From Phoronis australis (lineage: Eukaryota; Animalia; Phoronida): a DNA stretch of 64,000 nt. A program made the position numbers and the translations under genes. The stretch is taken from NCBI GenBank assembly GCA_002633005.1, contig NMRA01000638.1:172693-236692 (forward strand). Reading direction: 5' to 3'. Shown in pieces: positions 25,098-37,248 of the stretch (positions are counted from its first letter, which is position 1; every line of letters starts with the position of its first letter). Under the pieces are notes generated by a model. The model was not told the DNA's origin. It searched no databases and worked only from the letters and a program-made list of their open reading frames with translations.

Positions 25098-25993
25098 GCG
25101 ACAACGTGAATATGAAGTAGGTGGTAAATTGCAAAATGTTTTAAGAACTAGTTTTGCTTAGAAAATGGTCAACAGTGTGTCTAGCAAGTATCGGGATGAA
25201 GTGTTGGGAAATAATACTGCATGGTGTGGGCTATGTGAGCCCCCAAGGTACATCATTAGTGCAAAGGTCATCTATCAGAGAATTTTTTGTTTTCACATTT
25301 GCAAGTTGTCAATGAATACAACTGCACTTTGTTTAGCATATATGATGTTCAAATAGGGTTGTTGTTTAGTTCCTGCTGTACATTAGCATAGTTAGGAGCA
25401 TGCAAATACATCTTTAGAGGTCAAGGTTTGTGTTTTTTGGGCTGGTTAACTGTTATGCAAGTGCGGGAGTCTGTTTTCGACTCCAGGATATCCGTTTTAC
25501 ACTGGAGTTCCAATTTTGACGGAACACCTTGATATCAGTAAAAGGCAGCACAAGAACCCATGTCTTGAAAACAGAGTGCAATAATTTGACAGACTAATAG
25601 GCACATTATAGTAATAACTGGTCACTTAATATTTGCTACGACATATAACCAAAGCAAAGTTGTTAACGACCTTGAATTTTAACCCTTTAACTGTAATGTC
25701 ACAAATAATACTGCAATGACATTTCAGACAAATGGGGACAAACTGTTGTCAAATCAGCGCTGCTTCACTGAAGGAACAAAAATCAGAACCACAATAAACT
25801 TGATCGACATTTTTAACCAAAAATAAAAACTAATCTAATTTGAATTTCAACAAACCACTTCCATTTAAAAGCATTACTTTAGAATGGGGGCTTAACAGAA
25901 ATTCGTTTCAGTTATAATGAACAACGAGGACTGAACAAATTTCTATCACACGGCTTACACGACCAGGTGGTTAGAAGAACGTCTACTGCTTAC

Positions 25994-26167
25994 CTCCCAT
26001 GTCATTACCCCATTACCATCTGAGGCTGTCGTTTGTGTTAATTTCAACTTTTTAGCCTTTCTTTCATTAGTGACAAGCTTCTCCTCCGCTGGCAGAGGTG
26101 TACTAGGGAGATTCTTCACATCTTTCTTCTTTTTCTTCTTTGACCGACAGGACATACATCCCCACAT
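25994..26167 (-). CDS. Probable alternative first coding exon (58 aa, MWGCMSCRSKKKKKKD...VMTWE)
   Basis: ATA ATG context, upstream in-frame TGA, donor GAG|GTAAGC at phase 0. N-terminal Cys pair plus Lys run encoded by mixed AAG/AAA codons. Confidence 0.7.
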
Positions 26168-28649
26168 TATGCTAGTCTCTCATTCCCCACTCCAAGTCCG
26201 TTACTCTCTGCTGTTGTGCCTGGCTTTCCTGTCTGTCAGTTAGACTGTAATTCCAGGTCTACCACATTCTACCAGATGTTTACAGCTGACTGAAGTTAGA
26301 CACCGCAAATGTCGGACAAGCCTTAACCTTAGCCAACTGGGTAACATTAACAGAATGAGAAACAAACTCAGCTCAACAGGAAGCCCAAATCAGCACTTGC
26401 CCAACTGCTGAGTTATCAAAGCTGTCTATTGCTTAATGGATTAATTGAACGTTCACATTCACTGTTTAACAGTGGCTCTATTTCAAAACATGCCAGTCAC
26501 ACAACATCCACTGTTCAACATCAAGCCTCACTAAACCAAAGGAGAAAAAACAACTGGGATGACCTCTGTATCCACCAGCCCAAAACAGATGATTGAAGTG
26601 TTCTCAGTCAGAACAACAAATCAAAATGTTGCAAGCACTGGGTACCCCTCAGGATCACATAACAAGCAGACTTTGACCTCCACAAGGCAGTAATAATCAA
26701 AAATGAAATACAACCAGCACTGATGTATGACCAAAACTCCTGTCACAGATGGGATAGCTGCTAATACCTGTTCTGTCAGAATGTCAGTGCGCAAACACTG
26801 ACCATGTATTGTCCTCAGACCACAGCATTCACTCACAGAAGATACTGAATCCAATGTCAGTTGCCAAACAATTTTGCATAGTTGACCTGTTATTGTATGC
26901 ACAGGTCTCAATTCATAAATAATCTGGAGGGGCTTTGTATGAGTGGAAGTCTTCAAATAGATAGATGAAGGTTAGGTGACACAACCCTAGGTTATCAATA
27001 TTATTCTTCAAGAATGCCATCAAATGCTCACTTGGTCACCTCCAATGCAACATTCAACCTTGAGCTCCTATAGTGATTGGGCATTACAAGTCCATCATAC
27101 ACAATTAAACGGGTTAATCCTGAACTTGATGCTTGAGAAACCAAAAACATTTGACTTAGGTGTCACTCAAGTGCCGAGGTGTCATTACAATAAACTGTTA
27201 CAACTACCAACTTCAGTAACAAAGGTAACTGTACAACACCTCTGACTAGATATGTTATCTGTTTGTAGTTGACTGATTCATACACAGAGGTCACCACAGT
27301 CCTCGACAATGATCAGCATCACTTGTAGATAGTAAGGAAATAGTTCTGGAGTAAAATGCACACTGGTGTCACCTGAACTCGAACAGGTCATAGGTCAAGA
27401 AGCCTAACTGTTTTTCCAACATAACCTGATGAGTGCCTGGACTGTCAATCAACAGTTGAGCTTTCACCAGGCACCTTTTTCCCTTTTCTTGTTACCTTCA
27501 GAAACCACCAACAACAACAGAATAACATTGACTGTCACAGTTTATCATTGTAGAGTATAATCTCTCATTCTATAGATGTTTGATCACAAGACAGATAAGG
27601 TAGAGTTGAAATTCCTTGTCAGATGTCAACAGCAAGCTGACACAAGCTGGTTGCACAGCCCTTGTGATGCTGGGAGTAATACACTAAGTCATTGTCAAAC
27701 AGCTCCCACTGACTCCTTTCACATGTAAGCTTTACCATTGACCAGGGGATAATTCAACCAGGCTATTCTATGGGCAGTATTATTTACTGTCAACCAAAGG
27801 TAAATGCTACCATTGTTCCAGATATTCAATACATCCATAGGTAGTAGGCTAGTGTTTTCACAATCTGAACCAACTCAATAATAATTCCATTATTCTAATC
27901 CACCAACCAAAAGTGTCAAAAGGTAATGGTAGCAAAAATTAAGGTCATATTTCATAGTTCTAACCAAATTATACATGGTGCACAGGCATGTGTCTTGCCC
28001 AAGCAGTGTTTGCAGACCCATGGCACATACAGTGAATTTGAGCATCAACAAAACCAGAAAAAGCTTTTGAACCAGTATTCAATTATGAAAGTGTATACTC
28101 ATCAATGAAGGTGGCATTCACTAACAGGGGTCCCCAGATCATGAGAACCACCTTGGTGCACCTCATTCAGAGAAGAAAAATGGTTTTCACTGAAATGAAA
28201 GAACCCTTTAAAGTGACTGCCAGTTAATCAAATAAAGACATCAGTGCAATCAGTCATCCTGCACGAAAAATGAAGGAGTTCATGAGCAAAGGCAAGGCGT
28301 ACTATCATACAAGTGGTCGGACTTCCATCTAATACCAGGTTTACACTAGGAGTGACCACAATACTAGCACTTCCTCAGGGGTGAAAACCTTCAGTCAGAC
28401 CACATAGGGCTAATTTTCACTAGAAGTGCTGGCGAAAACATAAGCATGAGTACACCCAAATCACCAATAAAAGTGACACTTTAAAACCATTCATATTATT
28501 GGCATTTTGGCAAGAGGTATAGGGTGAGTGATAATGCTAGTATTTTAGCTGGTTTGTAAACAGGTGTAAAAATCCTTCAATTTAGAATAGTCTTTGAACT
28601 TGGGGTATTGTAATGCCCACCCCAAATCATGCTTTCAGTTCTCTTAAGC

Positions 28650-29435
28650 ACAAATCTGTGTTACGTCGTACCGTCTATGATCGACAACACCAAAAAGTCT
28701 CTGGACGAACACACATGTTGTTGTTACATGACGTTTTTTGAACTTCGTCTGTGTTTGAGTAAGCGAGCGTGTGCATGTCACCAGAGTTCATTTGCCAGAG
28801 CACAAAACGTCTTTGGCCCGAGTAAACGCCATCTAATGAGCTAGATGTGCATTGTATCCAAAGAAATAAGCACAATCAGTAGGCCTAAAGCAGAATATGT
28901 TTCATTCAGCACTTGCCGGTCTTGTGCTAAAAACGTTCGACATTTGTGTCGGTGAGGTCCATATTAGTTGCCGTGTGGCTGGATGCCTACGTGACTATCT
29001 GACAGTTATTTTTTGGTGTAAGGGTGTTTAAACATTTACTGTCAGTGGTCATTTTATCGGAAATTTGGCTTAAAAACACCAATTATGACTAATCAAACGA
29101 TCCCTCTCACAAATAATGCAAACATTTCGATAGTGTTAGAAACTGTCGGAAATTAGTGCCAATATTTATTTCTTGCCGATGCTATGCTACCTGTTTCATG
29201 AATGGATAGTTCCCGACTAATGTCTTTGATGACAGGTATGTAGCGCGCGCTTCCTGGCCACGTGCTTTTAACAGGACTGTCGGATATTATTGATAAATTG
29301 AAGATATAGAATTTTAGGACTGTAGGTAAGGTATTTTTCGCACATGCACATTCATGGGCTGGGTGCTTATTTTAGCAGTCTGAAAACACGTGGGGGTGCT
29401 TATAGGGGCATAGATGGTTATTAGGGCAAATACGG
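28650..29435. mobile_element. Truncated copy of the Tc2/pogo-like family
   Basis: Aligns by eye with ~17190-17760; ends in ttagggcaaatacgg|ta. Confidence 0.8.
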
Positions 29436-30161
29436 TAAATAATTTTGTGTCGTGGTTACCATATGCCTCCGAACTGGTGACATTACATCCTGTAAGCAGC
29501 TTCAGTAGTTGTCTTGTCTAAAATCACACCAAAACCAATCATGTACTTTCATTACATGTCATAACAGTGTCATTTTAAAAAGAATCTGTGTTTCAGTCGT
29601 GGCTTCATTTTCTCTTTTCCAAAGTTACAGATGGAATGGCAGGCTCATATTATAGTGTGCCAATGAGATATATTTCATTAAAATAGGACATTCATATTTT
29701 ATCATGCGTCATAGCCATTACATATATGGCAAAAATGTAGATCGGTTTACCATGCCGGAAAACAATGCTGACATTATGCTTGACTAACGATGCTACTAAT
29801 CAGGCAATCAGATGAGTTAGTTCATGCCCGGGGTTCAAAATGATGCAAAAGAGAAATTTGGCAATGACTCAACTTAAGCTGAATACAGCTGTATTTTTTC
29901 TGAACAAAATGTATAGCATTCTGTGCGGTTGGTTGGCAGCTGTCTGTCTCGAGAGCCATCATTGGTTGGATTGCAGCATTGGCCGTGACTAAAATGCCCA
30001 ATTCTGGAATGGCAGGTTCTGTTGCAGCGGTCACAGGAGTATATTTGGTCCAGCTGAGCAGGAGCAGAGGCTGCCCCCCCTCCGATGATTATGTTCTTTA
30101 AGTGGTGTCTGTTTTGTTTCTCTACCTCACTGGTTTAAATGCACAACTTGACAGTTGACCT

Positions 30162-30530
30162 CTACCTGGTACGATCAGAGGCCACAGCTTCCCAATCTGC
30201 GACGTTGATGTCTCCCATCTTCAGATCACGCTTGCACATGTCTTCATCACAAAGCATACCGTTGGGCCTTCCAGTAGGTCTGGATCCAGTGGCAAGCTTT
30301 CCATAAAGTGTGTCCTTTCTGTAGGTCTGGATCCAGTGGCACGTTCTCCATAAAGTGTGTCCTTCCTGTAGGTCTGGATCCAGTGGCAAGCTCTCCATAA
30401 AGTGTGTCCTTTGGCATTCTGCCCATCTTCCATGCACCTTACATGGCCAAACTAACAAAGGTGCCTATGGGTAAGCATTTTGTACATACTAGGCAGTTCC
30501 GTCTGAGTTAGAGCCTCATTGTTGGGGGAC
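30162..30530 (-). mobile_element. RTE-clade LINE 3' remnant with an internal 3 x 47-bp tandem amplification
   Basis: Frame-hopping GHVR.MEDGRMPKDTLYGELATGSRPTGRP...DMCKRDLK...WEAVASDR, a typical RTE C-terminus. Units start at 30274, 30321 and 30368. Confidence 0.85.
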
Positions 30531-30534
30531 ATGG

Positions 30535-30768
30535 GGCTCCTTCCAAGAAAGCTGACTTAGCTAAGGCAAATCTTAATTTTGTGTCAATCTATAGATAAAC
30601 TTCAATTTGTTTTTAGTCGATTCCAAGAAAATGATCTTATGTTGACCTAAGTTTTTGACATAAGTTTTGTCTCAAGTCTGACTTAACTTACCGGATATGG
30701 AAGTTTAAAAACTTGGAAGTTTAGAATTAAGTCAAAAATGAACTTAAGTCCATTTCTTGGAATGGGCA
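30535..30768. mobile_element. Palindromic MITE-like element, ~230 bp
   Basis: ggctccttccaagaaagctgacttag ... taagtccatttcttggaatgggc, with internal gacttaa/ttaagtc repeats. Confidence 0.6.
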
Positions 30769-32328
30769 GCACAAATGGAGTTGAGCTTGTCAGGCTCTTG
30801 ACGGGAATAAGGGGACCATGATTCAGTGCTGCACAGGAGAATGCTGAGGACGCAAGCCTGGTAGACCATATTGGCATTGAAGTTCAGAATACAATTTTCT
30901 GTTAGACAAGCCATGACTGAGGCCGCTTTGCCAAGGGCTTACAACCGTTTTTGTATGAGTAGCTATGGTACATAACTTAAATATGCAAAATGTCACCATT
31001 CAAACACACTATGTCCATACCATAATACTAGTTAGGAGTACTATACTAAGTATTTGTGTGGGACACTAATACAGTTGCTGAAATAGTTTCCAAGAAATGG
31101 TTCATAGGCAATTGCGCTTTCATAATGCATCCCAAATGCTGGACACTGCATTTACGTACATAATTGTCAAAGCATACCTGCAAACTGAAACATTTGAAGA
31201 TCTGACAAAAATACCACTTAGAAGATTGGTTGAAAATATTTTTAAAGAATTTTCTAATTTAGGGCAAATTTTGAACTTAAAAAATATTGAATGCTTTGGT
31301 CCCAAACAAAGAATATTTATCATGGACACTCAAGATTGCAAGAAGACAGAAAGCAAAGACCAGAGACACTTGATACACACAATCCACACAAATTTTGTAA
31401 GCAATTTGCAACCACCCAATTACATTTAACAAATAACCATTTATTTACACCACTTTTCTTGACCCAAAATTTATCAAGACTAATCTGTCAAGAATTCAGT
31501 AGCATCACACAAGTTCAACCAAAGTTGTAAACATCACTGAAGTGTAAAGAAAATAATGTATATTACTAGTGCCCAACTAGCAAAAAGCATCAAAGAGTAA
31601 TTCACCATACAATACTACTGAGGTGTAAAGTGATACTTTGTAGCAAATAATATCATAACAATGTATAACACTATAACAGTTGAAAAAACAGCTTTAACAC
31701 TGGGTGGGTACAAAACATGCAGCTTTAAACTAGGAATTTCATGATTAAGCAGTTGACAACACTTAGGTGTCAGTGATGTCCAAGTTGCTAGTAAAAAGAT
31801 TTTGAATTCCCACCAGTCATTTGTTAAATCTCACATTAATTTCACCAAATTTTCAACACGTTTGATGTGTGATGGGGAAATTTGCCACATGATCTCCTCT
31901 GCCTGACAAGAAGCTAACAATGAGTCAGTTGTAGTGGCTGACTGTTGCACTGCAATTCTTTGATAGCAGATCAGCCAAAATATCTTATTCCTCTAAATGT
32001 TGAATGGCTGCTCTTCACAGATAACTAAATTGCTTCATCCACATACTCCACCTATTGATCCAAAATGTCTGCGCTCATGGTCCGTTGGACATGTTGGCTA
32101 GAAACGCTGAGTGAATCACGGAAAAACAAGAGAGATAACACTCATTTCATTTCAGTGTGTTGGAGGCGTTCACACTGTGCAGGCAAAATACTTCTCAAAA
32201 ACCTAATCGATTAGTCTATATAATGATCGAAGCGAAAATGGTGACCAAGTGAACACTAATAGACAAAGTAGATGTGAATCTCACAACTTAACTAAACAAG
32301 AATAAATAGGTTACAACAAAAGAACTTA

Positions 32329-32885
32329 CCCTAAACTCGCGGGTTAACAACTCTGCCCAGGTAATCGCCCACGCCCCACTTTTTCTAAATTTCGATGTAA
32401 GCGCCCACTCTTCGGGTAATCGCCCATCTCCCACTTACTGCAAAATTTCAGCTTCTCAGGTAAACGCCCATCCCCAACTTATCGCTAACAGAACTTGAGC
32501 TTCAACTTGTGCTTTTGTTCGCAGCTTTGCCTCGGCCTCGGACTTCCGTGTTTGCGAGAAACACAGCATGCTTATGGAAGTGCATTTTTAGCCAGCAACT
32601 ACCTTCTCTTAAAATTATTACCTAGTATTTTGTTAAATTAATATAGGCCAACTTCGAAGATTTTTATAGAACCTGTGCTTTTCTACTATGAGATTAGTCA
32701 ACATTCAGTAACGACTTCGATTGGACTGTGAAGTTATTTGTGCATACAAGTTCCACGCACGGAGCACGTGACTTTGCTAGATCTTCCGGGTCGACCCAGA
32801 TTTGAAGTGAGCAATTAATCACACCCCCTCTCGTTGCAATTAAACAGTTTTGGTCGACATGCGAAGCAAACGCGTCTCAGTATCT
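32329..32885. mobile_element. Second Tc2/pogo-like family, partial copy
   Basis: Subterminal ggtaatcgccca/ggtaaacgccca repeats; homologous to 55831-56708. Confidence 0.75.
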
Positions 32886-34280
32886 CAATAAATTTTTATA
32901 CTCGCAACATTTAGTGAGCTGACAAGGCATGTCATGTGACATATCTCGATTGAAAAACAGACCACAAAGTCATTCTTCTAGGCGTTATGCGGGGCTTTTA
33001 CTCCTTGAAAGGAGAAACCATCAAATGTCAAGCCTTAAACAACTCGCGTGCATATTTGGCAAGGCAAATGATGCATGTTTGAGACAGCTCAGCTCAAGTC
33101 AGTAGTCTAATCCCGTTGGACCGGCCCACACCACACCACGTTGCAACACAGGTCGAATACTATCCAATCACTTCTGGGCACGATTTTCAGTCAAATGCGT
33201 AGGACGATATTAGCAAGGCTGTAGGTCTTCACGCCCGCCCATTCTGGGTGAGGTCTTGTATGCTCCTCAGTGAGGAGATATCACTGAATAAGTGGTGATG
33301 AAGGGTGTGATTATCTTAAACAGGTGTAGCAGTGAACAATAGGGATCTGAGCCTTCTGTGTGGTATTAGAATCACTGGTTATGATAAATGCCTGATCTTA
33401 CATAGAGGTGGCTTTGTTAAGAAAAATAGATACCAATTTTAGTTCATAAAAGTGATTTCTAAGCTCCAGATGAACTATACCAATAAAAATATTGTAAGTA
33501 TTGTAAATACCTAGTCTAAGACTGATTTCACATATTTCTAGTTTCTATTCCTCTCTGTTATAGATATAGCAGTTTCTGATAGTTCTAGGGGTTTAATACC
33601 AGATGGCACAATTGCCTCACACTTTCCATTGAATACCTGTGATGCATGCCTCTAGAGACAACTCCCAGCGGAGTGGAGTTATCCTTTCCCACTGCAGGGG
33701 AATTGTGCAACTCTGCAGTTTAATCCACCTGCCAGTGATAGTTGCGATGACTGTTAAGACTGGGAATTCCGTTTTAACACTGGCTGAAACTCCACGAACA
33801 GCACACTTACGGAGTAAATGCCGGGAACATAATAGACAAAGGCCTTTCATTACTGGATAGAGCACAGCACAGCCAAAATTTGAAATTAACTTAACACCAC
33901 ATTACAACTGCAATCCTGTTGCATAACTGTGCATGTTACAGTCATACCTATATGACTTTGGCTTAGGCACCTGTAAAAAATTAGTTCATTGCCAGAGGGC
34001 CAAATAGAAAGGCGAGCTGCAGATGCTGAAAGCGTAAATCTTAAGATGCAGACCTGTTTTATTTGAAAAATGAGTAATGTAATGTGTTCAAATATATTGA
34101 AGTCAATAAACATTACACAAAATACCACACTTTTGCTAAACCTTAAATCAAAATGAGAAGTGATTATTTTCGTTTCTCTGTTATTGCAATGGCAAAAAAA
34201 TTCACAATATCAATGGACCTGCTTTAGTGCTTGTGACTGATCTTTATATATAAAACCATCAAGAACAACCATAAACCTAC

Positions 34281-34376
34281 CTTGGATCTCTTTGAAGACT
34301 GACCCCCCTGAAAGTTTCCAAGATTTGATTGAATGAACAAGCGATTTTGTTCCCGTACAAACTTATACATGGCCAT
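34281..34376 (-). CDS. Possible alternative first coding exon (32 aa, MAMYKFVREQNRLFIQSNLGNFQGGQSSKRSK)
   Basis: GCAATGGCCATG start and donor AAG|GTAGGT at phase 0. Below the ORF-track cutoff; translated by hand. Confidence 0.5.
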
Positions 34377-36828
34377 TGCTCAGTTCTTGCTGGACACGAA
34401 CATCAAATCAGTCAGTACTTAAACATCATTTTCACAAGCTCTTTTCGGTTTGCCTAGCTGCTGCTAGGAACTTGGCAGCCCAAGTGGACTCCCCACAGAA
34501 CTGGAAACTGCCCTAACTCTCACACACTCAGGTTATCGTAAACAGTAGTAGGCATCCATTGATATGCACCAGTAGCAGTATTGTACACAAGTTTTGTTGT
34601 CTAAGGCAATAGGAAAGCCCACCAACTGGTCCAAAGTAAATACAGTGCTTCGATAACCTCTGTCCTCTCCTGCATTCACAAGATTCTCGTAAATCTCATT
34701 AAATTCACAGAAATTGACCAAGTCTGTTGCAAGCACAAGTTACCAAATGTCTACAGACTACGCTGAAACAGGTGCCATCCTCTTGCAACCATCACAAAGT
34801 TGACAGGATCTTAGTAACTCTCAAACAACACTTGGTTTCTCCTGACAGACTGTGTTCCTGAATGACTGTCCCTTTTCAAAGGTGGGCCAACAGGATTGGA
34901 GCTCTAAAATTTGGTACGTCGATCCAAACCCACAGTCACCTGTGAGGCTAATTAGCCAGCAGTCATCATAAAAATACTTGTCCACCATCAACCTATGCAC
35001 CAACAATTGTTCAGGACTACAAATGACCCACTTGTCAAAAAATAATCAACATTTTACCAACAGGTGGTTTCCCTATCCTTTCGCAAGTCACCTCTTGCCT
35101 TTGTCAACTTACACCTCAGAGCAAACCAAACTTGCTAGATTATATTAATACCTCCACCAATCACACTGAGGATGAATGGAGAAGGTAGTGTGTTAAAGAT
35201 TATGCAACGACCATTCACTCTGATCTGGACATGTTATTTGATCTAAGTCAAAGAGGGAACAAGCTATCAAAGAGAAAAGATGCAGTCCTAATAAAATTCA
35301 CTATTTTTTGTTATTTCAAAGCAAAGGAAATAAATCTTTGACCCAGGAGACCTGTTGATCTTGTCTTTACATCCACTTTACGGTTGATGGAGCACCCACA
35401 AAAGAGGCACAATATATTCCCTAAGTCCATCTTTTCAGGCTATGTCATTTAAATTCTAAGCTTAAGTTCCCTTGTTGACAGACAATACAATGGGGTCTGA
35501 TTAATTGATCTAGAATTGTGAACAGCAGCAATGATGGGGGATCAACCAGGACCCTACCATGAACAGGCCAAGGTGAACAAAAGCCTCGGCCACACCTCTC
35601 TGTTGTCACATGTTTTACACTTGTGTGACATGACAAACACTTGCAGAGAAAGCCAGAATAAAAGTATGGTGTTTCAATTGATAGAGACAAATCTGACAAC
35701 AGGAAATATTAGAGATGAAAGTCAAGTGTTCAAATTATTACAGATAAAGACTAATGATAACAATGAGAGCAACAGGACCTCCAGACAGTGGTTTGGAAAT
35801 GTGAATTATATTACAAGTAACAAATTATTGTACACCCCCCACCCCAGTGATGGATTTTATTTCAAACTATACTTGAACACTTTGTCATTTTATTTTCTTC
35901 CCAATTGTTCGCAAACTTCAAGAACTCCGCTGGCTTCAGTACCACAGCTTTTAATGACGCTGTCTGCTGCACTGAGATTCCAACTGCAGTTCATTGGACA
36001 AAAACATGTGTTTGAAAAAATCAGACGAGAGAAATGTGACAATGGTTTTGCGAACCCTCGCAATTCGATTTTGGTGGAAAGCTCTTGGAGTTTGAAGAAT
36101 TCCCAAAACTCACAGAAAGGTGTCAAATTCTCCTAATTTTGATGAAATTACCCTGCTTTTGAACTAATTCTCACAGTTTTCTTGAAATGTAATTGTTGAG
36201 TTATCGAGGATGTGTGGCGGCGGAAGGGTCAGTAGGCTTCACACGGTTAATTTCCTGCCTCTCGATTTCAGTACTCAAAGGTTCCAATATGTTATTGGAT
36301 GTTTGCGTAATAAAAAATGCAAGTAAAATTTTGTTTATCGCTTATTGCATCTCAGTCAAACTGGCGTTAGTAGAATTCACCAATGTCGCTAGCAGTTCAT
36401 TGCCAAAAAAACACCCGCACCGCTTAAACATACAATGTCAAGCCAGTATACTCTTTTAGTTAAGACTGTCGCTGTGGTGCGGGTGCATAAGTTCCCACAC
36501 CTGAATCGCTGGAGTGCACGCTATATTGGTAGCAACATATGTGAGCGACAGGTGACTCATACATACATGGGTGCTCAACCCCAGAAAGAAGGGCTTGAGA
36601 ATTTGATGTCTTTTGCTATAAAAAAAAACGAGTGCAGGCCATTACGTGATGGCCATTTCCAAGTCACGATCGTCTGCCAAGACATTATTGTTATGTATGT
36701 GATAACGCAGTAAATTGGTATAACACATATATTGTTTGTTGAAGAGATGATAACTACATACAATACCGAAATACTAGTAAATAGGTCAATACACTATGGA
36801 GTCCTTTGCCACTGACTGTAGAATCTAA

Positions 36829-37248
36829 AGTCCCGTTTATCAACTTTTGGCCCGGCGCAACTGACACGGAGCAAATTGACCCGTGCCAAGCGGCCGTTTA
36901 CACACACAACTCACTAACCATGGCAAGACGGAAATTAAAGGCTAGAGAGACTGGATCGCACATGCGCAGGTTTACAAATGATGAGAGTTGCAGAGACAAA
37001 GAACCCGTACGTAGGTCATTTGCACAAGCGCAATAAAGACGATCCTTTCCGCCTTACTCCAGTTTCGCGTTTAGACTTATAATTGACACGGCACAAGATG
37101 TTCGGGCGCAAATTACTCTATCTCACAAACAGATGGCAAAAATTTGTCACCGCGGTGTCAATTTGCGCCGTGTCAGTCCATTTACGCACTGGAACAACTT
37201 GTTCCGTGTCAGCTGATCCGTGTCAACTTTGTAAGTGTAAACGGCACT
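36829..37248. mobile_element. PIF/Harbinger-like MITE, ~420 bp
   Basis: taa|AGTCCCGTTTA ... TAAACGGCACT|tta; internal inverted tgacacgg/ccgtgtca repeats. Confidence 0.65.

Noticed and set aside
7781-30410. Short direct-repeat arrays (43 bp at 7781, 47 bp at 30274) as CRISPR-like arrays
   Set aside because: No unique spacers, no cas genes, and an intron-containing eukaryotic context.
30683-30877. ATG ORF ending at a phase-0 CCG|GTAAGT donor
   Set aside because: The donor and the 3' part of the ORF lie inside a palindromic MITE, so it is likely chance.
35531-36136. 201-aa plus-strand ORF
   Set aside because: No recognisable motif, antisense to the gene, no convincing splice or codon signal.
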